Source of the DNA: a bacterium
GTDB taxonomy: Bacteria > SAR324 > NAC60-12
Reading direction: 5' to 3'
Length of the DNA: 64,000 nucleotides
Assembly (NCBI GenBank): GCA_965205865.1
Contig: CBDBHR010000029.1
Coordinates: 96,001-160,000 of the forward strand
The notes beneath the pieces are model-generated. The model was not told where the DNA came from, ran no database searches, and worked only from the letters and a program-made list of their open reading frames with translations. Of the stretch, positions 8,271-19,429 are shown piece by piece (positions within the stretch are counted from its first letter, which is position 1; the number at the start of each line of letters is the position of its first letter). The position numbers and the translations under genes are program-made.

Positions 8271-10775
8271 ATGTTGAGACGTTTTTATGAAGATTTTATC
8301 CTGCGGCACAGCCTTGTTGTCTCGCTTGTCCTGCTGACAATTCTTCTCTTACTGGGTTATGAAGCTCGCAAGCTCGAGGTGGATGCATCTGCTGAAACCC
8401 TGGTTTTGGAAGACGACGAAGACCTTCGTTTGACGCGCATCCTCAATGAGCGCTACCAGAGTCCGGATTTTTTGGTGATCACATTCACGCCTCGAGGCGA
8501 TCTCCTCTCAGATAGAAATTTAAACTACCTACGGCAACTCAAGGATGATCTAAACAAGTTGGAGCAGGTTGAATCGGTTATCTCGATCCTCGACGTCCCC
8601 CTGTTGCAAAGCCCTCCCCTTCCCCTCGAGACCCTGTTACAGGATATTCCAACCCTGCAGTCGCCGGGTATTGACAAGGAATTGGCCAGAGAGGAATTCC
8701 TCAATAGTCCCATCTATCAGAACCTACTCGTCAGCGCCGATTTCCGTACCACCGCATTGCAAGTCAATTTGCATCGAGACGAAGTGTTCCGGGAAATGAT
8801 CAAGCTTCGCTATGAACTTCGTCAAAAAGAAAAAGACGGTATGCTCACCCCAGGTGAAAAGGAGCAATTGGCAACACTCCTCATCGATTTCAAACAGCAC
8901 CGGAACCAGATTCGTATCATACAGCATCAGACGATAATAGATGTGCGTGCCGTCATGGACAAATATCGGAATCAGGCGGATCTTTTTTTGGGTGGCATCA
9001 GTATGATTGCTGACGACTTGGTCACTTTTGTCAAGAATGATCTTCAAGTTTTCGGACTGGGAGTGCTCATTTTTCTGATTGTCACTTTGTGGTTGATCTT
9101 CAGACAGCTTCGCTGGATTCTGCTTCCTCTCCTCTGCTGTGCTTTTGCAGTGATTGCCACTAGTGGATTTCTGGGAATGTTCGGATGGGAAGTCACAGTA
9201 GTTTCTTCGAATTTCATTTCATTGCAATTGATCATCACCATGGCAATTACCATCCATTTGATTGTGCGTTATCGGGAGTTGTTGCAAAAGCATCCGGGTG
9301 CGGATCAGAGCCAACTCGTCCTGGAGACGGTCCTTTTCATGGGCAAACCCTGTTTTTATACTGCCTTAACCACCATCGCCGGCTTTTCTTCCTTAGTCCT
9401 CTCCGGTATCTTACCGGTGATCAACTTCGGCTGGATGATGAGTGTCGGAACCGCGATATCTCTGCTCGTGAGTTTCCTCGTCTTTCCCACAATCGTCATT
9501 CATTTGCAGAAACGACCTCCCGACGTCGCCTTCGAATTGCGTTTCGCCTTGACAGAAAAACTGGCTCATTTTACAGAAAACAATGGACGCGCGATCTGGC
9601 TGATCAGTGGAATTTTAGTCCTCTTCAGCCTCAGTGGAGCATCACGATTGATGGTGGAAAACAGTTTTATCGACTATTTCAAAGAGTCGACAGAAATTTA
9701 TCAGGGTATGAGAGTGATAGACCAGCAGTTGGGCGGTACTACCTTGCTTGACGTGATCCTTGATTTTGAAGAAGTGGGAGACATCGTGTCAGATCGAATT
9801 TCCGGGGGCGCGGATGAAGTGGAAGATGACGATTTCGATGAATTCGAAGAGGAATTTGCTTCAGTCGAGGACGAGGCGCAATACTGGTTTACTGCGGAAA
9901 AAATGGAACAGATCGAAAAACTCCACGACTATCTCGATAATCTCCCGGAGACCGGCAAAGTCATCTCTCTGGGCACGTTACTAAAAATTGGCAGAACTCT
10001 CAATGAAGGGGAACCCCTCGACGATTTTACGCTGGCTCTCGTTTATAATGAACTACCAGAGCAGTTTCGCGAGATCATCCTCACTCCTTATGTTTCTGTC
10101 GAGCACAATCAGGCCCGGTTTTCCGTGCGTATACGGGATTCAGATCCCAATTTGCGGCGCAATGAATTGCTGCAACGCATTCGTCACGAGTTGATCCACA
10201 AAGTGGGACTGGAAGAAAAAAATGTCCATATGGCCAACCTTTTGGTTCTCTACAATAATATGCTGCAAAGCCTGCTTGACTCGCAGATATTGACATTGGC
10301 TGCCGTCGTGGCAGCCTTGATGATGATGTTCCTCGTCCTGTTTCGTTCCCTGAAGATCGCATGCATCGCCATTTTTCCCAATCTCCTTTCCATAGGAACG
10401 GTGCTTGGATTCATGGGATGGGCCGGTATCCCGCTGGATATGATGACCATTACCATTGCTGCCATCAGCGTAGGAATTGCCGTGGACAATACTATTCACT
10501 ACATATACCGATTCAGGAGCGAATTTCCAAAGGATCGGAATTATCTGGCGAGCATGCGCCGTTGTCACGGAAGTATCGGAAACGCCATGTATTACACTTC
10601 TTTTACCGTTATCATGGGTTTCTCCATTCTGGTCTTCTCGAACTTCATCCCCACCCTGTATTTTGGATTGTTGACCGGACTGGCCATGCTCATCGCGCTC
10701 ATTGCCGCTTTGACCCTCCTGCCGCAACTGATCATGGGTATCCAACCTTTTGGCCCGGAAGGAATAAAGCAATAG
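8271..10775 (+). CDS. MMPL/RND family transporter
   Basis: Two TM repeats with large periplasmic loops and 'GIAVDNTIHYIYRF'. Operonic with mlaA-mlaC. Confidence 0.88.
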   Translation: MLRRFYEDFILRHSLVVSLVLLTILLLLGYEARKLEVDASAETLVLEDDEDLRLTRILNERYQSPDFLVITFTPRGDLLSDRNLNYLRQLKDDLNKLEQVESVISILDVPLLQSPPLPLETLLQDIPTLQSPGIDKELAREEFLNSPIYQNLLVSADFRTTALQVNLHRDEVFREMIKLRYELRQKEKDGMLTPGEKEQLATLLIDFKQHRNQIRIIQHQTIIDVRAVMDKYRNQADLFLGGISMIADDLVTFVKNDLQVFGLGVLIFLIVTLWLIFRQLRWILLPLLCCAFAVIATSGFLGMFGWEVTVVSSNFISLQLIITMAITIHLIVRYRELLQKHPGADQSQLVLETVLFMGKPCFYTALTTIAGFSSLVLSGILPVINFGWMMSVGTAISLLVSFLVFPTIVIHLQKRPPDVAFELRFALTEKLAHFTENNGRAIWLISGILVLFSLSGASRLMVENSFIDYFKESTEIYQGMRVIDQQLGGTTLLDVILDFEEVGDIVSDRISGGADEVEDDDFDEFEEEFASVEDEAQYWFTAEKMEQIEKLHDYLDNLPETGKVISLGTLLKIGRTLNEGEPLDDFTLALVYNELPEQFREIILTPYVSVEHNQARFSVRIRDSDPNLRRNELLQRIRHELIHKVGLEEKNVHMANLLVLYNNMLQSLLDSQILTLAAVVAALMMMFLVLFRSLKIACIAIFPNLLSIGTVLGFMGWAGIPLDMMTITIAAISVGIAVDNTIHYIYRFRSEFPKDRNYLASMRRCHGSIGNAMYYTSFTVIMGFSILVFSNFIPTLYFGLLTGLAMLIALIAALTLLPQLIMGIQPFGPEGIKQ

Positions 10776-10844
10776 CTTTATATTCAACAACCAGTAACTC
10801 TGTCATATTCAGACGTCGAATCTCCTTCATGGAATACTTCTCCT

Positions 10845-12065
10845 TCAAAGTTTGACTGGTTTGGCTTGTTCAAACGAATCCCGCAATTTGCGTAATTGTC
10901 CTGTTTTGTTCTGCGCTTCGTTGTGGGTTTCAAAAAAACCCAGGCGGATACGGTATTGGAATTTTTGATCCATGAATTTATAAGCCAGATAGGAAAAATC
11001 TGAAATGTCAATCAACTCTGGCAAATCTTCGACGGCTTTTTCCTGCGAATCGTATAATGGTAGTTCCACGAACCAGGGCTTGCTCCGCAGTGCTTGAAAA
11101 TCGACCAATTGCCGATTCAGTTCTCGTTGAGTGGGCAAAACAGCCCAATAATTTTTTGATAAATCTATTTTGTCACGGTAACGAAAATATATTTCCTCTC
11201 CAATCTCTTGCGCTGCTTCGGTGGTTTTAAAAAACCCCACACGTACGCGGTACCAATATCTGTTTTTAAATTTTTCCTTGGTTCGGTGCATGTAAGCATA
11301 GTAACCATCATGGACCAGATCATGGAGTATCTGAATCGCGCTGCTGAAATATCGACGCTCTACCGAAAGGATTTGAACCGCATATTTTTCTCTTTCCTTG
11401 CGGGATAGGATGTCATCCTGGTCTTCCACTTCATTCATCAATTGAATTTTTAGTCCGGTGACGGATTGCGCGATCTGCCAAATCCGGGAATCTCGAGGTA
11501 AAATGGTATAATCCCATTTGTGCTCGTTTTGGATGAGAATCGTACGCCATTGGGCGGAGTCGCTATCCTCACTGTTCGAGAAAATTACATTCCAAGGCAG
11601 TTCTGCAGATTCGATCAGGGCTCCATGACTGACAAGTTCAGGGACAATCCTCTCCTCGATCTCAACTGTTTGAACAGGCTCTTCTTTTTCTGCCTCCGTT
11701 TCTGTTTTCGATGTAACCACTTCAGGTTCCATCACTTCTTCTACCTTTGGAGGGTCAGCCGTCTCCGTTGTCATCTCCTTGTCCTCGGAATCCGGAGTAT
11801 TTATTTCCTGCGCGTCTGTTTTTTCAACCGGTGGCTCCTCTTCTCCTATTTCAAGAATTGGTGTTCCCTCATCTTTCACTACAATAGGTTCCACTTCATT
11901 TGCGAACGGTTCTGCAACTTCTGGTTTCTCCTCCGTATTTTCTGAGAGTTCTCTTTCCAAAATCAGAGAAATATTGTTTTCTTGCAAAGAAATTTGGTAC
12001 AGTACCAGCATAATGGCTGCGACGAGAATTATCGGAACAGCCCAAAAAATTATCCGTGTTGTCAT
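10845..12065 (-). CDS. Membrane-anchored SPOR-domain protein
   Basis: N-terminal TM helix, acidic linker, and two SPOR-like repeats ('WYRVRVGFFKTTEAA', 'YRIRLGFFETHNEA'). Confidence 0.7.
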   Translation of the reverse strand: MTTRIIFWAVPIILVAAIMLVLYQISLQENNISLILERELSENTEEKPEVAEPFANEVEPIVVKDEGTPILEIGEEEPPVEKTDAQEINTPDSEDKEMTTETADPPKVEEVMEPEVVTSKTETEAEKEEPVQTVEIEERIVPELVSHGALIESAELPWNVIFSNSEDSDSAQWRTILIQNEHKWDYTILPRDSRIWQIAQSVTGLKIQLMNEVEDQDDILSRKEREKYAVQILSVERRYFSSAIQILHDLVHDGYYAYMHRTKEKFKNRYWYRVRVGFFKTTEAAQEIGEEIYFRYRDKIDLSKNYWAVLPTQRELNRQLVDFQALRSKPWFVELPLYDSQEKAVEDLPELIDISDFSYLAYKFMDQKFQYRIRLGFFETHNEAQNKTGQLRKLRDSFEQAKPVKL

Positions 12066-12242
12066 CTAAATACCTTGCTTTGATATATTATATAATCATT
12101 CTGAGAATCATTTCCGGATAATTGTTTTGAAGTTTCACCCATAAAGCTGGAGCCAAGATAGTTCTTCTCCCAATATTTTGTCCTGTAAGTCTATAGCAGA
12201 CGCAGACGCAAGTTTTCAAGCGTAGAAAGAATTGTCAATTCG

Positions 12243-13484
12243 ATGGAAGTCATCAATAATACGATGTACTTAGGGGGAATTTCTGTTGAAGAATTGATGC
12301 AGGAATACGGTTCTCCCTTGTATGTCTATGAAGAGCAAATCCTTCGCTCCCGATTTCGCATACTGAAGCAGAGTTTTCCAGGAATTTCTTTGCAGATCCA
12401 CTATGCCATGAAAGCCAACCCCAATCCGGCTTTGCTGCAAATTCTCAAGGAAGAGGGAGCGTGGGTGGATACAGTTTCCCCTTGGGAAGCCCAATTGGCA
12501 TTGGATGTTGGATTTCCACCCGAGCATATCTTGTTCACGGGCAATAACGTTCCTCTTTGCGAAATCGATTATTGTCTGAAGAGACGAATACCTGTCAATA
12601 TCGAGTCGCTATCGCTGTTGAAGCAATTCGGACAATCGTATCGGGGAGGATCACTTTCCTTGCGTATCAATCCTGGCATCGGGAGTGGACACCACGCTCA
12701 CTGCATCACAGGCGGACCTCTCTCCAAATTTGGTATATATCACGATCAACTGGCGCAGGCAGAGGAATTGCTGCAACAATACGATCTCTCCCTGACAGGC
12801 ATTCATGCTCATATCGGTACTGGCATTCTCGACCCGGAACCCATGCTGGAAGCAATGTCCCTGATCTTGTCCATTGCCAGGCGGTTTCCCGGATTGCAAT
12901 TCATTGATATTGGCGGAGGTTTTGGCATTCCATACCATCCCCGGCAGTCTCCCCTGGATATTTCCACGCTGGGTGCCGGCATCGCCGGTCGTTTTCTGCA
13001 ATTTTGTGAAGAATATGGCGCCTCTTTGGATATGAAAATCGAACCGGGACGATTCTTGATCGGTTCTGCAGGGACGCTCTTAGCAACCGTCAATAATATC
13101 AAAAAGACGCCTCGATACCAATTTGTAGGTGTCGATACGGGGTTCAACCATCTGCTACGACCCGCTCTCTATGGCGCCTATCATCGCCTTTGCAATGCTT
13201 CCTGCGTGGAAGGGAATCCCACACCTATGGTTTTAGCAGGAAATATTTGTGAAACCGGAGACGTGCTGACTCATACGTCTGAAGGGATCAGCGAGCAACA
13301 CCTTCCAACTCCGGGGCTCGGAGACCGGGTTGCCATTTTGGACGCGGGCGCCTATGGAATGGCCATGAGTTCTCAATATAACCTGCGTCCTCGCCCTGCA
13401 GAAATTTTGGTGAATAACGGACAGTCTTCTTTGATCCGGAAACGGGAAACATACGAGGATTTGACCCGGGGGTTTATCAGGTGA
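12243..13484 (+). CDS. lysA: Diaminopimelate decarboxylase
   Basis: Motifs 'YAMKAN' (PLP lysine), 'HAHIGTG', 'DIGGGFG', 'EPGR', 'GNICETGD' and 'GAYGMAMSSQYN'. Confidence 0.95.
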   Translation: MEVINNTMYLGGISVEELMQEYGSPLYVYEEQILRSRFRILKQSFPGISLQIHYAMKANPNPALLQILKEEGAWVDTVSPWEAQLALDVGFPPEHILFTGNNVPLCEIDYCLKRRIPVNIESLSLLKQFGQSYRGGSLSLRINPGIGSGHHAHCITGGPLSKFGIYHDQLAQAEELLQQYDLSLTGIHAHIGTGILDPEPMLEAMSLILSIARRFPGLQFIDIGGGFGIPYHPRQSPLDISTLGAGIAGRFLQFCEEYGASLDMKIEPGRFLIGSAGTLLATVNNIKKTPRYQFVGVDTGFNHLLRPALYGAYHRLCNASCVEGNPTPMVLAGNICETGDVLTHTSEGISEQHLPTPGLGDRVAILDAGAYGMAMSSQYNLRPRPAEILVNNGQSSLIRKRETYEDLTRGFIR

Positions 13485-13619
13485 TAGGCCTTTACCCCTC
13501 CGAAATCTCCCATACTCTTTTTCAAGAGGATGTACTGCTTCGTTAGATTGTACCCCTCGGCATCATCTCGAGCGCGGGGAGATATCTTTAAAATTTCTCA
13601 CGTTATTGTAGAATTGGTA

Positions 13620-14912
13620 TTACAAAAGGGCCAATAGTACGCCAGCAGCCACTGCGGAGCCAACCACTCCGGAAACATTGGGACCCATGGCATGCATGAG
13701 CAGAAAATTTTGAGAATTGGATTCCAAACCCACCTTGTTGACAACTCGTGCCGCCATGGGAACTGCAGACACTCCGGCAGCGCCAATCAGAGGGTTGATC
13801 GGAGTTTTCAGAATTTTGTTCATTACTTTGGCCATCAATACGCCAGCAGCTGTTCCTATGCAAAAAGCGAGCATCCCCAGCGTCAGAATACCTAACGTTT
13901 CGATATTGAGAAATTGTTGAGACGATAACTTACTTCCCACCCCCAATCCCAGAAAAATAGTAAAGGAGTTGATCAGGGCATTTTGTACGGTATGCGAAAG
14001 ACGATCGACCACGCCGCATTCTTTTAGCAGATTGCCGAACATCAGCATTCCAATCAAAGGAGCTGCCGATGGAAGCAAGAGGATGCACAGTCCCAGAACA
14101 GCCAGAGGGAAGAGGATTTTTTCCAGACGGGAAACATAGCGCAACTGCAACATCACAATGCTCCGTTCTTTCTCGCTGGTCAGCCATTTCATGATGGGAG
14201 GCTGAATGATGGGCACCAGAGCCATGTAAGAATAAGCTGCCACTGCAATCGAACCCAGCAGACGTGGTGAAAGCTGACTGGCCAGAAAGATTGCAGTAGG
14301 CCCATCGGCTCCCCCAATGATCCCAATAGCGGCGGCATCACGCAGGGTAAAATTGATTCCGGGAACGCTGTTCAAAATCAGCGCACCCATTAGTGTGCTG
14401 AAAATACCAAATTGCGCCGCACCTCCCAGCAGCGCCATTTTGGGATTGGCGATCATCGGACCGAAGTCAGTCAAGGCGCCCACACCCATGAATATCAGCA
14501 ATGGTAGCACCCCCGTGTTGATTCCCAAGTCTGCTATATACCTCAGCAACCCGCCCGCTTCCGCCAAACCAGCCAAGGGGATATTGGCAAGAATGCTTCC
14601 AAAGCCAATGGGGATCAGTAAGAGAGGCTCAAATTTTTTTACAATCCCCAGAAAAAGCAGCAATCCTCCGGTACCGATCATTAACACCTTTCCCAATCCC
14701 TTTGTCCAATGAGATTGGTGTCCTGAAAAGAAAGAGGCAATACCGGTCGTTTTATAAAGTTTCTCCGTTAGTTCCTGGAAGGAAGGCAATCGGGTGGGCG
14801 CCTTTTTTTCCTGAGTTCCCCCTTTTTGTGGAGCATCACTTTCAACCCGTTCTTGGGCCATTGCCGGTGCCATCAAAAAAATGAGAGACAGCACCAATAA
14901 GACAAATTTCAT
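13620..14912 (-). CDS. oadB: Na+-translocating decarboxylase beta subunit
   Basis: Motifs '[11 protein letters not shown]', '[15 protein letters not shown]' and '[10 protein letters not shown]'. Confidence 0.95.
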   Translation of the reverse strand: MKFVLLVLSLIFLMAPAMAQERVESDAPQKGGTQEKKAPTRLPSFQELTEKLYKTTGIASFFSGHQSHWTKGLGKVLMIGTGGLLLFLGIVKKFEPLLLIPIGFGSILANIPLAGLAEAGGLLRYIADLGINTGVLPLLIFMGVGALTDFGPMIANPKMALLGGAAQFGIFSTLMGALILNSVPGINFTLRDAAAIGIIGGADGPTAIFLASQLSPRLLGSIAVAAYSYMALVPIIQPPIMKWLTSEKERSIVMLQLRYVSRLEKILFPLAVLGLCILLLPSAAPLIGMLMFGNLLKECGVVDRLSHTVQNALINSFTIFLGLGVGSKLSSQQFLNIETLGILTLGMLAFCIGTAAGVLMAKVMNKILKTPINPLIGAAGVSAVPMAARVVNKVGLESNSQNFLLMHAMGPNVSGVVGSAVAAGVLLALL

Positions 14913-14931
14913 CGCGGCAATCTGGTAGGCG

Positions 14932-16716
14932 TCAAGCGATTGTCAGTAAAGGCGCACCAGCGGGAAGAGAATCACCGGCGTTCACATGAATGGCAAGGAT
15001 TTTTCCAGATTGTGGCGCTTTGATTTCAGTTTCCATCTTCATCGCTTCCATCACTAACAGAGGCTGTTCGGCTGTAACCTTATCCCCGGAATTGACAAGG
15101 ATTTTGAGAATATTGCCTGGTGTGGGCGCTGCAATCGTTTCTCCTTGGGCAACAGGCGCGACGTCAGAAGACACAAGAGCGGGGTTGGCCAGGAGAGTTC
15201 CATCACCGGAGGAGATGGAGACTTGGTAGACCCGACCATCTACTGAAATCACGTAATTGCGGGGGCCCTCACTTGGAGAAGAGGGTTCAGGCTTTTTTTC
15301 TACGGCCGTCGGAGGAGGAGATTCATCACTTTTCTTACGGATATTCAATTTGGCTTTACCCATTAGAAAATCCAAGCCCTTGCTTTCACAACTGGCAATG
15401 ATAAAGAGGTTTTCATCTGTCAACGGAAGCCGGTTTTCCTGCAAAATCGTCTTTGCTTTGGGAATCCCAGGTTCCAACACGTCCAAAGGATCTTCTTTGA
15501 AGACGGGTTTACCCAGCTGTTCGGCAGCAAGCTCAACAATTTCGGGATCCGGTTCCACAGGAGTGGATCCAAAGTATCCCAATACCATGTTGCCATACCC
15601 CTCTGTGATTTTCTTCCATTTTCCCAAGGTAGTATTGGCATAGGCCTGTTGGAAATAAAACTGGGAGACGGGAGTCACGGAAGTGGCGAATCCTCCCCGT
15701 CGTACAACTTCCGACATTTCCTTGATCACTTGAGGATAGAGGTGCAGGGTTCCAGTGTCCCGCATCATCATTGTATTGGAAGTCAATGCTCCGCCAGGCA
15801 TGGGAGAGAACGGAATGATGGGAGAAACCATTTTGGCTTCCGGAGGGACATAATAGTCTTGCATGGCCTCCTCGAATACTTCTTCCGCTTGCAAGATCTT
15901 TTCAATATCTATGTCCAAGTCAAAATCAGTGCCTTTGAGCGCCTGCCACATGGAGAGAATATCAGGCTGGCAGGTTCCACCGCTGACTGGGCTTTTGCAA
16001 AGGTCGATCCCGTCGACTCCCCCTTCAAGAGCCGCCATGTTTTGGGAAATCCCCACGCCTGCCGTATCGTGAGTATGAAACCAAAGGACCGTTCCTTGTG
16101 GAACCATTTTGCGAGCGCCCTTCGTCGTCTCATAAATCTTTTGAGGATTGGCGGTCCCACTCGCATCTTTGAAACAAATCGACTGAAAAGGAATGTCCGA
16201 AGCCAGAATTTGTTGGAGACGATCCAAGTAAAACTCAGTCGTGTGCGCCCCTTCACAACCGGGAGGAAGGTCCATCACTGCGATGACGATCTGGTGGTGC
16301 AGTCCGTGGTGGGCAATGCGCTCGCCAGAATAGCGAAGATTGTTGACATCATTCAAGGCATCAAAATTTCGGATCGTGGTGATTCCATGTCTTTTGAACA
16401 TCTTGGCGTGCAAATCGATGATGTCTCGTGGTTGTTGACTGAGCGCAACCACGTTGATTCCTCGCGCGAGAGTCTGTAAATCCGCATTGGATCCTGCAAC
16501 CTCCCGGAAACGATCCATCATGTCAAATGCCGATTCATTACAATAAAAAAACAAACTCTGAAACCGCGCGCCACCTCCTGCTTCAAAATGCTGAATGCCT
16601 GCATCCACGCTTGCCTGTAATGCAGGTAGGAAATCATCAGTCAACACCCTTGCTCCGAAACAGGATTGAAAGCCATCCCGAAAAGACGTGTCCATGAATT
16701 TGACGATCTTTTTCAT
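14932..16716 (-). CDS. oadA: Oxaloacetate decarboxylase alpha / pyruvate carboxylase B-type carboxyltransferase with biotinyl domain
   Basis: Motifs '[10 protein letters not shown]', 'FKDASG', 'HTHDT', 'PMPGG', 'VTPVSQFY' and the biotin site 'EAMKM'. Flanked by oadG and oadB. Confidence 0.9.
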   Translation of the reverse strand: MKKIVKFMDTSFRDGFQSCFGARVLTDDFLPALQASVDAGIQHFEAGGGARFQSLFFYCNESAFDMMDRFREVAGSNADLQTLARGINVVALSQQPRDIIDLHAKMFKRHGITTIRNFDALNDVNNLRYSGERIAHHGLHHQIVIAVMDLPPGCEGAHTTEFYLDRLQQILASDIPFQSICFKDASGTANPQKIYETTKGARKMVPQGTVLWFHTHDTAGVGISQNMAALEGGVDGIDLCKSPVSGGTCQPDILSMWQALKGTDFDLDIDIEKILQAEEVFEEAMQDYYVPPEAKMVSPIIPFSPMPGGALTSNTMMMRDTGTLHLYPQVIKEMSEVVRRGGFATSVTPVSQFYFQQAYANTTLGKWKKITEGYGNMVLGYFGSTPVEPDPEIVELAAEQLGKPVFKEDPLDVLEPGIPKAKTILQENRLPLTDENLFIIASCESKGLDFLMGKAKLNIRKKSDESPPPTAVEKKPEPSSPSEGPRNYVISVDGRVYQVSISSGDGTLLANPALVSSDVAPVAQGETIAAPTPGNILKILVNSGDKVTAEQPLLVMEAMKMETEIKAPQSGKILAIHVNAGDSLPAGAPLLTIA

Positions 16717-16813
16717 ATTTCAGTCCATCAATAAATTAAAAAATCCCCGGAAAATCATTGCGCGTGCTTCTCAGGAAAATACCAGTTGAGTTCGTTTGCA
16801 GTGTCAACGCCAT

Positions 16814-17071
16814 TCACATCTGTCCCTTTTTATCCCGATCGGATTCGAAAGCACTGATTGCAGCCGCGAAAACAGCAATGGGGATCTCTTCTTGTGGAGA
16901 AGCAATTGCATCAGATTTTCCGAATTTTTCCATTTTCAGCAATTCCTCTTCCCTCTTGGTCTCATGACGGCTCATCCAGGCAATACCCTGTAAGCAATAA
17001 ACCATCATTGTTAAAAACAAACCAACGGTACCCATTCCGATGATCATCAATTTGAACCCTTCCAGTAACAT
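16814..17071 (-). CDS. oadG: OadG family gamma subunit
   Basis: 'LMIIGMGTVGLFL' TM helix and 'AVFAAAI' tail. First gene of the oad operon. Confidence 0.85.
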   Translation of the reverse strand: MLLEGFKLMIIGMGTVGLFLTMMVYCLQGIAWMSRHETKREEELLKMEKFGKSDAIASPQEEIPIAVFAAAISAFESDRDKKGQM

Positions 17072-17368
17072 GTCTTTCCGAAATTTTTTGATGGTGTTTG
17101 GATGACGCGCTGAAAATTGACCCGAACTCTAACACATTTCATAAGAAAATATAGATTTCCGGAAATTTTTCTTTGCCGTGAAGTGAAGGTCTCACTCACA
17201 ATGCGGGAGTAGAGACGCCCCTTCAATTCCATATTGAATTTCCCTTCGCCATCCAGTGGAAAAAAAAGCTCCTGCTCGCAATGCAACAGATATTTTCGAC
17301 TTTCATTTTGAGGATTTTTTCAGTATAATAAAATTTTCGTTTTTCAACAATCAATATTAGGAGGATCT

Positions 17369-18028
17369 ATGTCGCTGCGAATCAATGACGAAGCACCGAA
17401 TTTTACGGCAGAAACTACCGAAGGCACCATCGATTTCCACCAGTGGATTGGAGATCAGTGGGCTATTCTTTTTTCCCATCCGAAAGATTTTACTCCCGTT
17501 TGCACAACCGAATTGGGTTACATGGCAGGCTTGGCTTCCGAATTTGCCAAGCGGAATTGTAAAGTGATCGGCCTCAGTGTGGATCCTGTCACAAATCATC
17601 GAGGTTGGGCCAAAGACATTGAAGAAACCCAAGGACACGCGATCAATTATCCGTTGATTGGTGACACGGGTCTGGCTGTTGCAAAAATCTACAACATGCT
17701 CCCTGCCGAGGAAACAGGTACCTCGGAAGGGAGAACTGCGGCGACCAACGCCACTGTACGTTCTGTATTTATCATCGGTCCAGACAAAAAAATCAAATTG
17801 ATGCTCACTTATCCCATGACCACGGGTCGTAATTTTGATGAGATCTTGAGAGTTCTGGATTCGATGCAACTCACTGCGAAACATAAAGTGGCGACTCCGG
17901 TGAATTGGCAAGATGGTGACGAAGTCATCATCGTCCCCACTGTTAGCAATGATGAAGCCCAAGGTATGTTCCCGGAAGGTTGGAAAACCGTGAAGCCTTA
18001 CCTTCGCTTGGTCAAACAACCTCAGTGA
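17369..18028 (+). CDS. 1-Cys peroxiredoxin (Prx6)
   Basis: Motifs 'FSHPKDFTPVCTTE', 'YPMTTGRNFDEILR' and 'ATPVNW'. AGGAGG SD upstream. Confidence 0.95.
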   Translation: MSLRINDEAPNFTAETTEGTIDFHQWIGDQWAILFSHPKDFTPVCTTELGYMAGLASEFAKRNCKVIGLSVDPVTNHRGWAKDIEETQGHAINYPLIGDTGLAVAKIYNMLPAEETGTSEGRTAATNATVRSVFIIGPDKKIKLMLTYPMTTGRNFDEILRVLDSMQLTAKHKVATPVNWQDGDEVIIVPTVSNDEAQGMFPEGWKTVKPYLRLVKQPQ

Positions 18029-18132
18029 TTGCTTTTCTTGGTATTCCTCCCTGCAAATGGCGCAGGAAATACCTCGCTTGGAACCGAATTTGATTTCTAG
18101 TTGAATCGAGGTAGTCAAACATGAGATCAATT

Positions 18133-18169
18133 ATAGGCTAATTCAAAATTAAAACTTGAATTAGCCTAT
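18133..18169. promoter_or_regulatory. Perfect 14-bp inverted repeat upstream of AAA ATPase gene (operator-like)
   Basis: ATAGGCTAATTCAA-N9-TTGAATTAGCCTAT, ending 21 bp before the ATG at 18191. Confidence 0.5.
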
Positions 18170-18190
18170 TTTATCATGTAGGTTTCGATC

Positions 18191-19429
18191 ATGATTATTC
18201 ATCGAGACCTCGCCCCTATGTTGGAGAAGGCAGCAGAGACATGGCCTTCTATCACACTCACCGGCCCTCGCCAAAGCGGCAAGACAACGTTATGTCGGGA
18301 CTTGTTTTCGCAGCATTTGTATACGACCCTTGAGGCTCCGGATACACGTGCTTTTGCAACGAATGATCCACGAGCATTCCTGGTACAATTTCCTCTGGGA
18401 GCAATCATTGATGAGGTGCAACGTGTGCCTGATCTAATTTCTTATTTACAGGGAGTGATTGATGCGGATCCTGCGCATGGAAGATGGATCTTGACAGGTT
18501 CGCAAAACTTTTCCCTGCTCGAGTCGGTCAGCCAATCTTTAGCTGGACGGACGGCGGTACATCATTTGCTGCCGCTTAGCCGTAGCGAAATCATACGCTT
18601 TGCAAAGCATCCAAAGACTCTTGACGAGACTCTCTATGCTGGATCTTACCCTCGCATATTCGATCATGAACTCAACCCATCGGACTAGCTTCGCTCATTT
18701 GTTGCAACCTATATTGAACGTGATGTGCGCACGATCAGCAATGTGGGTGATCTAACGACATTTCAGCGATTCCTTGAATTGTGTGCCGGCCGCTCGGCGC
18801 AGTTGTTGAACTTCTCTTCTTTGGCGGACGACTGTGGAATATCCCAACCGAGCGCCAAAGCATGGCTTAGCATTCTGCAAACCAGTTTTGTCGTTTTTTG
18901 TCTTCCGGCATTTCACTCCAATTTGCGAAAGCGGCTTGTGAAGTTGCCCAAGCTTTACTTCTACGACACGGGCCTCCTTTGCTGGATGTTGGGTATCCGG
19001 TCTCCCGAGCAACTTCGCGCGCATCCACTTCGAGGTCCTATATTTGAGACCTGGGTGGTTGCGGAAGTCCTGAAGCACCGCACCAATCTTGGAGAAACAG
19101 GTGGTCTGTCGTTTTATCGAGATCGCAACGGAGCCGAGGTCGATTTGATTATCGAAGATGCGTCCCGTACCATCCTGGTCGAAGCCAAATCCTGCGAAAC
19201 GGCATCATCAAATTTGTTCAATGGAACACGACGTGTCTGGAAACATTTCACGCAGTCGCCCCACCCCACCGACGTCGTTGTCGTTTACGGCGGCGATCAA
19301 TTCCAGCAACGATCAATTGGAAGATTGATTCCGTGGCACAAGATCCATCAGTCCGAATTTTTTAAAAAAAGGACTATCGAGGAATCCGGCCTTCCAGGGG
19401 GTAGGCGGGATCGTTGTAGCCAGCAGTAG
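18191..19429 (+). pseudogene. AAA_14 ATPase + DUF4143 protein with one in-frame TAG (18686-18688)
   Basis: Walker A GPRQSGKTT, 'IIDEVQ', 'LTGS', 'KLYFYDTG' and 'EVDLI...VEAK'. The two track ORFs share a frame and the stop replaces an expected Trp. Confidence 0.85.

Noticed and set aside
17357-18130. 257-aa minus-strand ORF
   Set aside because: Antisense shadow of the clearly identified peroxiredoxin. The same applies to the many other antisense or overlapping track ORFs over gcvP, oadA, MMPL and the ABC genes.
18686-18688. In-frame TAG as possible pyrrolysine or read-through
   Set aside because: It is a single TGG-to-TAG change at a non-catalytic position with no pyl genes in view, so a simple nonsense mutation or base error is more likely.
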